A stretch of 64,000 bases of DNA from Diplonema japonicum (lineage: Eukaryota; Protista; Euglenozoa: Diplonemea), in NCBI GenBank assembly GCA_964019335.1, contig OZ025665.1, forward strand, positions 620,001 to 684,000, in the 5' to 3' direction. The notes under the pieces were generated by a model. The model did not search any database. It was not told the origin of the DNA and saw only the letters and a list, made by a program, of their open reading frames with translations. The first letter of the stretch is position 1, and every line of letters starts with the position of its first letter. Positions 31,160 to 44,166 of this stretch are shown one piece after another. The position numbers were made by a program, and so were the translations under genes.

Positions 31160-31216
<57 letters not shown>

Positions 31217-32068
31217 TTGGGAAGATAAAACCAGCAAGTAAGCAACGTATATTTGTTTCTCATTTTATTTAAGTTTTTTTTTTATTTAAAAAAAAAAAGA
31301 ACATAGATACTTAATCAATAGGGGTGCTTTTAAAATCGTAAAAAAAAAAAAAGAAAACCTTTTAAAAAAAAAAGAAAAAGGAGATTCACTTGACACGAAA
31401 TCATTTTTTTTTTTTCTTGTAACATTTTTTTTTTTTTTTTTTTTTTTAAAACTCATAATGGCTTAGCACCCAAATAAACCTGCAGCCTCACTTTTTTCTT
31501 CTTTTTTTTTCTAAGAGAGACACAGGTTTGTAGAGTGGGTGTGGAAAGAAGGAATACATTGGATGAGGCCCAATAACAGCACTAACCAAGTGATCCCCTG
31601 TCTAGTTAAACCCTCAAAAAAGAAAGGGGGCGATGAAGGTGGTAAAAGGACTTTGCAATAAGCCTTCCTCCATAAAAGAAAAGAGCATAAGGGTGAATGG
31701 TTGGTGGAAAAAAAAAAGGAAGTCCAAAAAAGAAAAGGAAGGACACCTTCCCAATAATGATCAGAAAAACTAAAAGACCCCCCCCCCCCCCCCGCTCTCC
31801 TCTATCTCTTTCTCTCTCCTCATTTATTTGATTGCTTGAGCGGTTTTTTTATTATTTTTTTTTATTATTTTCTCCTTTGGTACAATAAATGAAACACAAA
31901 ATGTTGTTGTTTTTTTTTTTTTTTTTTTTTATTGGACGTGTTCTATTGGAAGGGGAAAGGGGGGGGTGGAAAAAAAAAGAAAGAGGAAAAACTATAAACA
32001 TCAGATACTGAAAGAAAAAAAATCTTTTTTTTTTATTTGTGTTGTTATGTGAGTTTTGTTGTTCTTGG

Positions 32069-32107
<39 letters not shown>

Positions 32108-32811
32108 TCCAACAAAAAGAGAAATAGAGAGAAAGAGATGAAGTCCCCAAAACATAAAGTTAGAAAAAAAGGGGGAGTTGGTATAGAAAGGCGATTACTG
32201 GCATATTGTTTGTTTTTTTTTTTTTCTTTTTTTTTTTTGAAGGGCCGTGGGAAGAAGAAAAAAAGAAATGCCCGGAATTTATTTTATTATTTTATTATTT
32301 TATTTTGATATAATCATATTGCATTTAAATGGAAATAAGAAAAAAAGAAAAAAAAAAGGAAGAAGGCGGGGAGGGTGTGGCAAGGAAGTCCCATCAGACT
32401 CCTTTTGTTTTTCTTCTTTATATTCCCGCATCCAGTCGTCCTGTAATTTTCTGTATTATTCCCCCGATATTTTCTTATTTTTTTATTTTTCACCCTCTCA
32501 AAAGTATTTTCATCTCCCCCTCCAAAAAAAAAAAAAGTTAAAAAGATTTTTTTCCTCCTTTACGGGTTTTTTTTTATTTCTTTCAAAAGATTTTGGTTCT
32601 TCAGGTTCATTATTTTATTTCTTCGAAGATTTTTGAAAGGGGGGGGGGGATGAAGGGAGGAGTTTTTTAAAGTAAAAATTGATGCCTTTAATTGGATGTC
32701 GGTGACAAAGAAGAAAAAAAAAAAAAGAAAATCCCCTTCTTTTCTTAAGAGTCAAAATTTAACTCGAGTTTCAACCACTCGCTTGGAACCGAGCGCTCTG
32801 TCAGATAGCCA

Positions 32812-32848
<37 letters not shown>

Positions 32849-33294
32849 AATCGATTTTGGGGTTTTTTTCAGTGCACACATACAAAAATTTGTTTTTTAT
32901 AAAAAACAAATATTGGGTGTGTGGAGTACCCTTATCGAAAGAGGGGGAAATAGAACGCGACCCCTCCCCCCGAATCCCTTGATGTCATTGTTGTTTTTAG
33001 TTTATTTTTATTTTCTTCATTCTTTTTCTTTTGTAGAAAAATATCTTATAAGGAAAGGGAGTGAAGGGGGGGGGGGGGAACAAAAAGAGGACGTTCCCAA
33101 AAAAAGACATCAATCGTACGCAATGTGAGTGGAAAAAAAAAGAAAAAAAAGGAGACATTTAAGGGTACCTGCGGTATGTAGCAGGATGCCTAAAAAAGAG
33201 GGGAAAAAAAGAGGGAAAGGGAAATAAACATACTTTTTCATTATCTAGAAAAATGGGGGATGGGGAAGGGAAGGGGGAACTTTTATGCACCCCC

Positions 33295-33334
<40 letters not shown>

Positions 33335-33636
33335 CTGCAAAAGAAATAGCCCTACAGAGCTTTTTACAAAAAAAAAGAAGAAGAAGAAAAGGAATTCTTG
33401 TTTCTCTCAACACGAAAAGAAAAGGGGGAGAAAAAAAAGGGGGGGAAACCTTTTTTGAGTTTTTTCTTCTTCTTTTTTCATTATTTTTTTTTTTCCCCTT
33501 TCTTCTTCTTTTTTTTTTTCGTTCTCTTCATTTATATAACTAAATCGGGTTTCAAAGCTCCAATAACGTGACTGAGGCAAATTTTTTCTTCCTTCTTTCG
33601 CCCTTCTTAAACCTAAATAACCACATTAACAATTTG

Positions 33637-33682
<46 letters not shown>

Positions 33683-33751
33683 ACAGTTTTCGTTCCCCTC
33701 GTTTTTCTCGAGCGACTCCATTGTGAAGATTATTGTTCTTTTTTCTTCTTT

Positions 33752-33785
<34 letters not shown>

Positions 33786-34020
33786 CCTCGTTATTGGACT
33801 GTACGACCCTCAGGTTCAAGTTTTTTTTTCCAAAAAAAAAGAAAAAAACCTCCTCAGCCTACAGAAATTTCCCGCCAAATATGTTTTTTTTTTTTCTTTT
33901 TTTTTTTTTCTTCCTTTTTTTTTTTTTTTTGAAAACTTCTATCCGGCTGGATGGGAGGAGAGGAAAAAAAATATATATAAATTGTTATAAAAAAAAAAAA
34001 AAAATCTTCTTTTTTTTTTT
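30600..34020. repeat. Low-complexity intergenic region rich in homopolymers
   Basis: A and T runs up to about 50 nt; no credible ORF. Confidence 0.85.
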
Positions 34021-34476
34021 TCACCCCCTCATCGCCCTGTTGATGGAGCAAAGGTAGCTGAGGGAAGACCCACAGCGTGTGATATTTTCGGAGGCGAGAA
34101 CAGGGCAAGGAAGAGGGATCGTTAGCCCTTCTTCGCTCGTCGAGTCCTCATCCTCATCTTCCTCCTCCACCTTTACGTAGGTCAAGATGTCAAGAACCGG
34201 GTCTGGTAAGAGGAGTTGGTCTGAGGAGAACGAGGACAGCCTACCAAAGCTCACCTTCTTTGTTGTAACCAACGGCGATAACAGAGGGGTGCTGTTCACG
34301 CTACGCAGGATCGACCTCGGACTCTTCATCTCCTTGAGCTTTGCCTCCCACGCAGCCTCAAAAACCATCAACTCAGCCTCCTGCTGTTTGATGACCTGCA
34401 CACGCGACGTCCATTCAGTAACTTCGATAACAATAAGAGATGACATTTTTTTTTTCTCTCTTTTTTTTTTTTTTTT

Positions 34477-34509
<33 letters not shown>

Positions 34510-35867
34510 TGGGAACGAAAAAAAAAAAAAAAAAAAAAAAAAAAATTCTCCCGCTTGAAAAAACGGGGGTGCGGAACTCTCACCGTAAACCGTCAGAAAA
34601 TTTCGTCTGCAAAGACTCATCTGTAAGCAACGCAGGGTTGGCTGTTTTTTTTTTTTTTTTTTTTTTTCTTCTTTCTTTCTTTCTTTTTGTTCCCCTGCTT
34701 CATACGCCCCGGAGACCCAGATTGTTTCCCATCATCTATTAGAAACGTATGTAATTTTGTGAGCTTCGGCAAAGCAACCCACTCCTCCCGTGACCTTTCG
34801 AGCCCTCTGTACTCATAAAACGCCTGCTCATCCTTGACAGCGTGCGCATCAGACGGGTCTACCTTGCTGTGCAGATAGTTAAGCACCCTCAGACAAGCAC
34901 TATGCGACAACAAGTTCCTCGCGATGTTGAGAGATTCCAGAGAAGAGAGATGCAGGTTCGCGATGAGGCACCTGACAGATGACAAACAGTTGCCTTCCAA
35001 GATAAGTGTTGTGAGGCACACTGAAGGGAGCACCTGAAACAATTTCGAACAGGACTCATCGGTTAAACAACAATTCCGCAGGTTCAAAACGGCCAGCTTG
35101 GGACACGAGGAGAGAGCATTGCAGAACACTGCAAAGCTACCGTCGCACAAACTGTTGAAACTAACGTCTAGATTCGATATTTTCTGCATCGGGTAGACCT
35201 GTTGGACCGTGCTGGCTATCATGTCCATCCCTCGGACAAACGACCTTCGCTTCCCTGTTTTTGTAACGCCTTGCAGAACAGGGGTCGCAAGGTGGTTGAT
35301 CCCTTCAATTTTCAACCCACACCCTTCAAGGTTCAGGACTGCAATGTTGGACAAGTTCAACTCTTGTGCGAGGTACCTTATGCCTAGGTCCCCCAACGGG
35401 TTGTTGCGCAGGATGATGGTTGTTATTGAACTACTTCCCAAGCAGCGTGTAAAGTATTGCAAGCCTCTGTTTGTGATGCGGTTACTCCGAAGGTTCAACA
35501 GGGTTACCTTTGAAAAGGGCAGCACAGTGGCGAGCTCCCGCACGCCTTCATCGCCGATCAGATTCCCCCACAAATTTAAGCATTTTATCTTTGTGTTGGG
35601 GAGTATATCTGCTATTGTCAGTGTGCCTTTGGGGCCGATCATGTTTCTACTAAGGTCCAGATTCATCACCCCGGTGTTTTTCAAAACACCGCTCAAGCAT
35701 TGCATACCCTGCCCTCCGAGGAAGCAGCTGCCAAGAACCACAGTTACCGTCTTCTGCTCTCCTGCCAAATACCTCGCTACTTCCTGTACCATATCACTCG
35801 TCAGTGGTATTCCGCTCAAATCTATTACTGCATCGCTTGCAGACAGCAAGGACATCACCTCTTCCAT
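34021..35867 (-). CDS. RNI-like leucine-rich repeat protein; 3' structure uncertain (proposed exons 35867-34779, 34735-34706, 34620-34584, 34421-34021)
   Basis: Many LxLxxNxIGxxG repeats in ORF 34617-35867; three GT-AG introns would remove poly-K/poly-F runs and join ORF 34021-34620. LRR part is confident, the join is tentative. Confidence 0.65.
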
Positions 35868-36565
35868 GGTTTAAGAAGAGGAGGCCTTTTTTTTTTTTGG
35901 CGGGGGAGGGTAAGAACAAAAAATTATTTATTTAATAAATTGAGGGGGTGGGGGTAAAAACGTTGAAATCTTTTTATTCGGGGGGGGATAATAAAATCTA
36001 TAAAAAAATATATGGGGAGGGTTAAATTTTTTCATTTGGTCGCTTTTTTTTTTAAAGTCTTGAACCAGTTTGGCGAGAAAATCCCAATTTCTTTTTTTTT
36101 CTTCTTTGTTCATAAGCCATCCGTCGCGCTGTTGACCTCTGGGCTTGTTTTTACAATTCGTATGGGTGGGAACCAAATCAGGTTTTTGAACAAAAAAAAA
36201 GCAAACCCGATTTTTTTTGACCAAAAACGTCAAAAAACCTTTGGGAAAGAGCGACCTTATCTAAAAGGAAAAAAAAAGAAAAAAAAAATACTTCTTCTGG
36301 ACAACCCCCGACACTTTTTTTTCTCTCTCTCCTTTTTTTTCTTGCACCCGGAACAGAAATGGAAGGGAAAAAAAAAAAAGGTGCTTCTTTCTTTCCCCAA
36401 TTCTTTTTTCCCCCGCTCCCCCCATGGGCTAAATAGAGAGGGAGGAAGGGGGGGGAAAAAAAGGGGGAAAGAAACAAGCATTAAGTACCTTTTTTTTTTA
36501 CTCCCCCCCTTTTTTTAATTCTTCTGTATCCTCCTATAGTTTTTTTTCTTTTTTTTTTTCGTACC

Positions 36566-37693
36566 CTAGTTTTTCAGCAGAAGTTGAACTGGAACGTGGT
36601 CGCTCCCCTCATAGGCAGAGAGGATGGAGCTGGCCACCACCTTGTCCATGAGGGAGTCATTTACGATGAAGTAGTCCAAACGCCACCCCATGTTCTTCGC
36701 ACGACCGTTTGAACGGTAACTGAAATATGTGTAGAACCCGGTTTTGGTGGGGTGGAGCTCCCGGAAGGTGTCGGAAAAACCTGTTTCAAGTAGTTCTGAG
36801 AAAGAGTTCCGCTCCTGCGGAGTGAAACCAGCAGACTTCTGGTTCCCCTTCGGGTTGTGAATGTCAACATCGAGATGCGCCACATTAAGGTCACCGGTAA
36901 GGATCACACTCTTACCATTGTCCACCTCGCGCTTCATGTAATTACGCAGCGCAACGTCCCATTCCTTTGTTCGATACTCTAAACGTTTCAAATCGGCGCC
37001 TGCATTGGGGACATATGTGTTGATCAATAGGAAATCCTTGTCTTCAAACTCTACAACCTGTATCCTCCCCTCGTCATTGAACCCACCGCCGAGAATGCTA
37101 GTTGTGATGGTTGTTTTATTGAAGATGTCTTCACGGATGAGCAGGGCGGTGCCGGAGTAGCCTTTCTTGACCGTGCAGGGGTTCCAGACTGTTTGGTAGC
37201 CTTTTATCACAGTTGGAATTTTGATGGCTTCTGTCTCGTCAAGCTTTATCTCTTGAAGGCATATAACGTGGGGTTTTTCTTTCTTCGCCATCTCGTCAAA
37301 TACGGCGAATTTTTTGATAACAGCTCGCAGACCATTGACATTCCATGAGATGATGTTGAAGTGGTCTGCAGTGTCGTTGCCTTGGTAGCTTTTCACCCCG
37401 TCGGCTTGCTTGTGAACGGTGCCTTTCATCAAGTCATCAACCGGGATGCCAGCTGTGGTAGTTGTTTTTGCTGATTTCTTTGCAGGGGGTGTCGAATCGG
37501 CCGCGCGTGCTCTTTTTAAGCTGGGCATTTTCTTGAGGGTTTTCTTTCCTGGTGGTGGTGTTGATGGTAATGTTGGTGACATGGCCAAAAACCGGGCAAA
37601 GCAATTCTTCCCGTTCAACGACAATGGTAAAACCGACTTTGCAAAACCACCATGAATAAAGGCAGGCAACAAAACTCGTTTGGCAATGAGCAT
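36566..37693 (-). CDS. APE1: AP endonuclease (exonuclease III/APE1 family)
   Basis: ISWNVNGLRA, CLQEIK, GYSGTA, EGR, YVPNAG, GDLNVAH, GWRLDYF, GSDHVP. Confidence 0.93.
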   Translation of the reverse strand: MLIAKRVLLPAFIHGGFAKSVLPLSLNGKNCFARFLAMSPTLPSTPPPGKKTLKKMPSLKRARAADSTPPAKKSAKTTTTAGIPVDDLMKGTVHKQADGVKSYQGNDTADHFNIISWNVNGLRAVIKKFAVFDEMAKKEKPHVICLQEIKLDETEAIKIPTVIKGYQTVWNPCTVKKGYSGTALLIREDIFNKTTITTSILGGGFNDEGRIQVVEFEDKDFLLINTYVPNAGADLKRLEYRTKEWDVALRNYMKREVDNGKSVILTGDLNVAHLDVDIHNPKGNQKSAGFTPQERNSFSELLETGFSDTFRELHPTKTGFYTYFSYRSNGRAKNMGWRLDYFIVNDSLMDKVVASSILSAYEGSDHVPVQLLLKN

Positions 37694-38607
37694 TTTTTTT
37701 TTTTTTGTTGTTGTTTGTTATTTTCTCCCTCTCTCCTTCTTCCTCTGCTTTTTTTTTTAAGAAGAGAAAAAATATGGGGGGGGAGTGAAGATTTTTTAAA
37801 AAAAATATTCCTCTCCTTTTTCTTCTCTTTTTTTAAAACCCCAGACATAATTTGTGGGGGCAGGTTTCCCCCCCCCCCTTTTTTTTCCCCCGCCCGAAGC
37901 TTTTTTCTTTTTTTTTCTTGTCCTTACTTCATATTTGTGTGTGTGTATGGTACTTCTTCCTTTATTTCTTTTTTTCTTTGCTTGTAGTGGGGGGGGGGGG
38001 GGGGGGGGTAAGTGTAGTAAAATGGAGATTAAAAGATGCACTAAAAAGGGGGGAGGGTAATGCCCCCAAGTATAGGCCCCATGTGCCAGGCATGTCTGTT
38101 TACTTTTTTTTCTTCTTCTTTTTTTTTAAACACAGGGACACGGCAATAACGATATAAAAAACAAAAAAAGGGGGGAAGGGTAAAAAAAAAAAACCAAGTA
38201 AAAATTCACTATCCCCTCCCTAGGCTAAAAAAAAATAGAGAGTCAGGGGAATTGGTTAGGAGCTCTCTCTCTCTCTCTCTCTCTCTCGCAGTCGGTGGTT
38301 CATCGCTTTTGTTATATTTTTTCTTCTTTTTTGTTTACTTTGTTATTTTTTTCCAAGCTACCCCCCCCCCCCCCCCCCTCCCTCTTAAAAAAATAGCCTC
38401 TAATCAAAAAAAAACAAACAAATTCAAAACGATAAAAAAAAAAGCTAGGGTTATATCTTTTTTTTCTTCCTTTTTTTTTTCCATCTCCAAAATGCCTCTC
38501 CCCCTTCTCCCCCATTAAAAAAAAGAAAAGTGTAAAAAAAGCTTTCAAATTATTCCCCCCCCTCCCGTCCTTCTTCCCCCCCCCCCCCCCCCCCCCCCCA
38601 TCTCATT

Positions 38608-39479
38608 CTAATCTCTTGCAGAAGCTCGCTCCCGAATGTCCTCTGGAATAGTAGGGACGACTTGAGTCAAGAACTTGTCGAGGGCAATGTTCTCATCAGA
38701 ACTGGGAACTTTCTGCAATGCGTGGATCGTCTTCAGCATGGCAATGAGCAGATCAGCGATTTTATCTTTGTCCTGCTGCACTGTGTTCTCCTTAATGTAC
38801 CTCGCCACGTTGGTCGAGACCACCTTTGTAAGACTCGTCTCACCGAGCGCCGACTCCAGCAAGGAAAGCACGGCCACCTGTGCCCTGCTGATTCTGCACA
38901 GCTTCGAGAACATGATGAAGCACAAAACCTGTCGTTTTTTTTTTTTTTTTTTCTTTTTCTTTTTATATTATTTTATCCACACCTGAATATCCTGTCCCTG
39001 GTTGGCCTGCATCCCCATCACAAGTGTTGAGGCGACCGTCATGTAGTCATTTAGGTAGTCGAGCAAGGAGTCACCTGAGAAGCTCCCGTCGAGAAGGATG
39101 TCAATACACTCGAAGGCCGACTTGCGAAGCTCCAAACCATCGTCGACCTGTGTTTTGTGTATTTTATTTCTCTTTTTTTTTTAATGTAAACACCTTGTGC
39201 ATGAAGGGCCCCAGGTTGACGGACCTCACCAGTTCGCTGTCGACGACGCACTGTGAGAGAAGGTCCTTCATGTACTTCTGGAGGTTCAGGCGGACCTGTT
39301 GATTGGCGTGTTTTGGTGTTCATGTGTTTTTGTTTGCGTACCACATCAGGCTTGGAGTGCACAGCGGAGGTCAGCAGTTGGACCGCCGCACGGCGGATCT
39401 TGACGTTTGCCAGGTTGGTCTCCTTGTCGATGCCTTCGGGCTTCGTGATGTACGATAGGAAGAACTGTTTTGTTTTATG

Positions 39480-39522
<43 letters not shown>

Positions 39523-42500
39523 CACACCTCCATGTCCTCCTCCAGCTTCTCGTACCTGAAACCCGCCTCGCTGACCGCGTACTTCATGGCCGTGATGATG
39601 GTGGCTGTTGTGTCGCACACCGTCCCGCTTGTCACAGCAGTCTCGTGCATTCCCCTTGGGACCACATCGGGTTCCAGCGAAGCAAGCTTCCCGAGACATT
39701 CCGACACGATGTTCCTGATGCCCTCGTCGGGGGACCCGGCGTAGGCCAGGCACGCTTTCAGGATGGTGTTGTGCTTGTTCTTGATGGGGTCGAAGTCGTT
39801 CAAGGCGTTCGACCTTGCAAGCGCCTCCTTCAGTGCCCTGAACAGCAGGTACCTCGACTTCTCGTCCGTGTCGATGGATCCCAGCAGCTGCGGCAGCAGG
39901 TTCTCCGGACTCCCTACGGTGATCTTCCCTAGTGAGATCGACGCAAGTGTCTTGACATCCTCCTCAGAGTGCTCGAACTGCATCTTGATGGCGCCCAGAG
40001 CACGCTGGTTGGAAGAGATGTTGACGTACTTGCCGATTTCGCCCAAGCAGGCGATGCCCATGGAGCATGTCTTGCTGTTCTTGTCGCCAATGTAGCTGAT
40101 GTACTGCTCGATGGTCTTCGCCTGCTGGTCTTCGGACGCCAACGACGTGATCCTTGCAGTGACGGCCGCAATGGAGGATAGGACTTGCCTGTTGTCACCA
40201 GTGTTCTCAGCCGCGGAGATGACCTTCTGCAGCAGCGGGTGGTAGCCCATTGTGCAGAGTGGCCAGAAGGTCACAAACACATTCTCTAAGCTCTCAAGTG
40301 CACTACCTTGCAGCAAAGGGGACTTCAGCAGCTCGATGAACTTGCCCAGCACATGCGATTCAACAACAGGTGCCATGTCTCTGCTGCTCTTCAGTACTGC
40401 ATCGCACAAGTCGATTGCGAGGTGGCTCAGGTGCAGGTCCACGTCTGTGAGCAGGGGTGTCAGCTCTACGAGGATCTGCTTCAAGAGGTCTGGCTTCACA
40501 TTGTTCTTGCGCTCGACGAGTGTCTTCAAGCAGTGCAGAGATGCCTGTCTCAGGGGCCTCGAGGCTTTTCGCAGGAAGGTGCTGATCTCTGTGATGAACT
40601 TGTTGAGGGTGTCAGTTTCCATGTCCACGCTTTTGGTGAGGGTGAGGGCCTTGAGGACGGGGACGCGCGAGTAGTCGCTGCTCAGCAGTGCGAGGTACTG
40701 CTTGAAGGACTTGGTGACCATGTCGCTGCTGAGGTACTGCTTGGAGTGTGCCTGAGACCCTGCGTGCCTCAGGATATGGCCCATGGTGGCGATGGTGCAG
40801 TCCTTCACCTCCTGGTCCACATCGGGTGTGCTCAGCCTGTCGAACACGGCATCGAACAGCTGCACCGACCTCTGCTGTGCGTCAGGCGCCCTGACTACCA
40901 CAGGTGCCAGCTCCCCACAAACCCTCAGCGCTTCCGAGGTGATCTTGTAGTACCTGTCTGTGACACATGTAAGCACCAACGGCAGCAGCTCGGGCACAAC
41001 CTGCTGTGCTTCGGGGGACCCACTCGAGCAAGATGCAATGATCAGCAGTAGGAACTGCAGCACCTCTGTTTTCAAGGCAGAGGTAGTGTCCTTTGCACTC
41101 AGAGTGTCTTTGATCACCTTCAAGAACTTCCTGATAGAGCCCTCGAGCTCGCCCTTCAACACGCAAGAAAGGGATTTGAGAAGCATGAAACAGGTGGTCT
41201 TGATCTTCATGGACTTATCCCTCGAGGCCTTGATGATGCTGTCGACGATGAAGTCCTTCACTTCAAGGAGGTTCCGCACCTCAGGGCGGGACTCTACCTT
41301 CATGTGGAACGATGCTGAGTAGCTTCCTGACATGCCGGACGTGTGTGCCTGGGACTTGTCAGCTGTGGATATTTGGGTAGCTTTGAGCAGGTCGGCAAAG
41401 ACCTTGAAGATGTCGAGACGCACAGACTCTTCGCGCTCCTTGAACCTCTCAGGCAGGCACTTCCTATCCGAAGGGCTCTCTGCCTTCGTGTCGAGCTCCT
41501 TGGCCTCCTTGGAGCAGATGGCCTTGTACACGTAGTCCAGGCAGTCGCTGCGCGATGTGATCAGGGCCGACAGGCATTTTGCACTAGCCTTGCGCACCTT
41601 CCACGACACATCGTCGTCATCGTCCGCCTCTGCCTCCAGCATGTCTTGGTAGTCGTCCTCTTCATCGTCGAACTCTTCCATCTCCTCGTCCTCACCGTCG
41701 TCGTAGTCGTAGTAAGGATCATACGACATGCCCTCCTTGCACACCCCGACGATCTCCTCCAAGAAGGGTGTCACCTGCTGAGGGCACCTCACAATGAGGG
41801 ATTCAAACGCATGCAAAATGTTCTCGCGCACCTCATTCCTCTCACCATCGTCCTCGATCTTCCCTAGGCTCTCCTCCGTGATATTGGCCAGCAGTAGTGG
41901 CATGATCTGCGCGAGGAAAGCGCCCACCCTCTGGCCAGCTGTCCTCGAGATGGTGGAGCACAGCTGGATGCACTTCCTGAGGGAATCTCCAGACGCTCTC
42001 TCGATGCCTGCGATGACCTCTCCGGTGATGACGCCTTGGAAGAGCGCGTCCGATGTGTGCACAGAGAGCACAGCCAGGCAGTTGATGGCCCTCTTGCGCA
42101 CCGACTGGTTGGAGGACCCCAGAGCGGAGATGAGCACGCTTTGTAGCTGTTCGTGTTCCAAAGTCAGAATGCCGCCGAACCTCCTGAGCAGGTCGGTGGT
42201 CACGTCCATGATGTCCAACTTGATCTCGTCAGTCGAGGCCCGCATCAGCTTCACAAGCCTGAACGCCAGTGTGTGCATGCACTCCTTGTACGTGGATGGC
42301 GCGTTGTCCACAATGTACTTGAGTGAGATAGTAGCTATATCACGGTGCTCCTTCTTCGTGGCGGTCAGCTTCTCAGAGAGCCTCTCGATGCCGTCTGCGA
42401 TGAAGGTTTCCTTCACCTTCTTAACTAGGGCAGGGATGCACTTCACGGCAGCACCCTGCACGTCACTGTGGCTGCTCTCCAACGCCTGCTTCACCACGTC

Positions 42501-42647
42501 CTGAAACACATGCTTCTGCACACCCTCGTCCAACACGACGCCTTTCTCAAGCTCTTGGTTCAGGTCGAAGAGAGCCTGGTGGGGCTTGTCAGGGTCAGGG
42601 TCCTTCATCTCCTCCCTGAAGGTTAGGTAGTCCCATTTTTTTGACAT
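38608..42647 (-). CDS. CAND1: Cullin-associated NEDD8-dissociated protein 1 (TIP120); exons 42647-39528, 39464-39342, 39295-39194, 39147-38983, 38928-38608
   Basis: HEAT repeats; DDDDVSWKVRKASAKCL, RFKEREESVRLD, RNIVSECLGKL; spliced C-terminus LVRSVNLGPFMHK|VDDGLELRKSAFEC rebuilds the TIP120 motif. Confidence 0.95.
38929..38982 (-). other. Cis-intron, 54 nt (CAND1)
   Basis: GTGTGG...(A)ncgacAG; contains in-frame stop. Confidence 0.85.
39148..39193 (-). other. Cis-intron, 46 nt (CAND1)
   Basis: GTGTTT...aacacAG; removal rebuilds GPFMHK|VDDGL. Confidence 0.92.
39296..39341 (-). other. Cis-intron, 46 nt (CAND1)
   Basis: GTACGC...tcaacAG; shifts into the conserved frame. Confidence 0.88.
39465..39527 (-). 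other. Cis-intron, 63 nt, in frame and stop-free (CAND1)
   Basis: GTGTGC..(A)n..aaaacAG; retention would insert VCI(K)12MHKTKQ. Confidence 0.85.
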
Positions 42648-42743
42648 TTCTTTTCTCCTTTTTTTCTCCCTCCTTTTTTAAATTTTAAAATACGAAAGTG
42701 TTGTTTACAAAAAGAGGGGAAAAAAACCATTAAAACCACCCCG

Positions 42744-43613
42744 TCAGAAGGCAGGGCGTGAAAATGCGAAAATGCTAGAGACACGGCGAGGCTCGATGCG
42801 GGTCTCGAGGAGCGTAGCTGTCTGGATGGGGGAGGGCTGCATGAAGGTGGCGAACTCTTCGAATGTGAGCTTCCCATCACGATCGGAGTCGAGTTCAGAG
42901 AATGCAGGGCCGAGGGGGATGGTGTCCCGCACTGAGGGAGGGCACAACTTGTGGAGATCCTCTAAACCCATGAGGTGGGAGGGGGAGGTCAGGGTGAATA
43001 GATCCGAAAGCTCCTGCAAACGAGAAGGGGTGTAGTGCAGCTTCCATGGAAGCAGCACATCAGGGCGAAGGGATGCTGCAGCTGTGTCTGGTTCACCCCA
43101 ACGATGCACGTTAAAAGAAGCAGTGGTTTCTTGCAGCCCAGCAACAGCACACAACATACCCTCAAAGCTCACAGGGTGATCGAGGGGCACTGCTGCTCCG
43201 TGGGAATTCACAAATGGTGGTTGCGATGAGGGCACCACATCAATGAAGTCCCGTACACGGAGCCCGCCATCGTCCAGAAGCCGCTCATATAGCCTTCTCC
43301 ATTCTAGAAACTGACTTTTTGAGAACACAGGTTCCCTCCCCCCCCTCACATTGAACGAGATGACTCTCTCTACTGCGATACTCTCCTTGTCGGTCTGCCC
43401 ACCGGGCTTCAGCTGCGCTAGTCCGCGTTCGGGCGTTGCTCTTTTTTCAACACGGGTGATCTCTGACTTCCTGTCCATGTCCACCACCTTTTCCCTGCTC
43501 TCTTTAATTTCATAAATCTTCTCTCTCTTCCCCAGCTTCTTCAACGGTCTCCTCAACTCTTCCACCCTCTGAAGAGCCCTTGCGTACCTTTCTCGTATCT
43601 TACTCTTCTTCAT
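42744..43613 (-). CDS. Hypothetical protein with C-terminal EF-hand
   Basis: ORF from ATG 43613; DSDRDGKLTFEEF. Confidence 0.7.
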   Translation of the reverse strand: MKKSKIRERYARALQRVEELRRPLKKLGKREKIYEIKESREKVVDMDRKSEITRVEKRATPERGLAQLKPGGQTDKESIAVERVISFNVRGGREPVFSKSQFLEWRRLYERLLDDGGLRVRDFIDVVPSSQPPFVNSHGAAVPLDHPVSFEGMLCAVAGLQETTASFNVHRWGEPDTAAASLRPDVLLPWKLHYTPSRLQELSDLFTLTSPSHLMGLEDLHKLCPPSVRDTIPLGPAFSELDSDRDGKLTFEEFATFMQPSPIQTATLLETRIEPRRVSSIFAFSRPAF

Positions 43614-44166
43614 ATATTTCAAAAAAAAGAACAGAAGGAGGGGGGGGGGGGGGGGAATACTCCACCCCTTTTTTTTTCTTAATTTCTATGGGGAAAAGGG
43701 GGCAGTGGGGGGAATAATGTCTTATTTCTTTAGGGAAAAATAGTTTAGGGAATACGGAGAAGGGGAATAGAGGAAGAGGGAGAAAAAAAAAAAAGGAGGG
43801 CGAGTCACGGCAAAAAAAAAAGAATTTTTCGGGTTCTGTGCGAATCCAAAAAAAAAAAAAAAAAAAAGGTCAGCGCCCCCCTCCCAGGAGAAAGTAAAAC
43901 ACACAAAGGGTGAGAAAGAGGTAATGAAGAATGAGAAAAAAGGAGATCAGACGAGAAAAAAAAAAAAAAGATACAAGCACCTCCCAGAAGGAAGATAGTT
44001 TGCCTCGTGTTTTCCTTCTTCGTCTCTCATTCCTCTTCCTCTCCTCAGAGGGGGGAGGTGGAATTATCAAAAAAAAAAGTATTCACAGGAGTGGGGGGGG
44101 GGGGGGGGGGGGGAAATAGAATTTTTCATTCTTCTTAATCAATTTTTTTTTTTTGTTTCTTTCATG

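Noticed and set aside
32760-32846. Short mixed-sequence block followed by a long A-run (SINE-like tail?)
   Set aside because: A-runs are ubiquitous here; no Pol III boxes or TSD recognised
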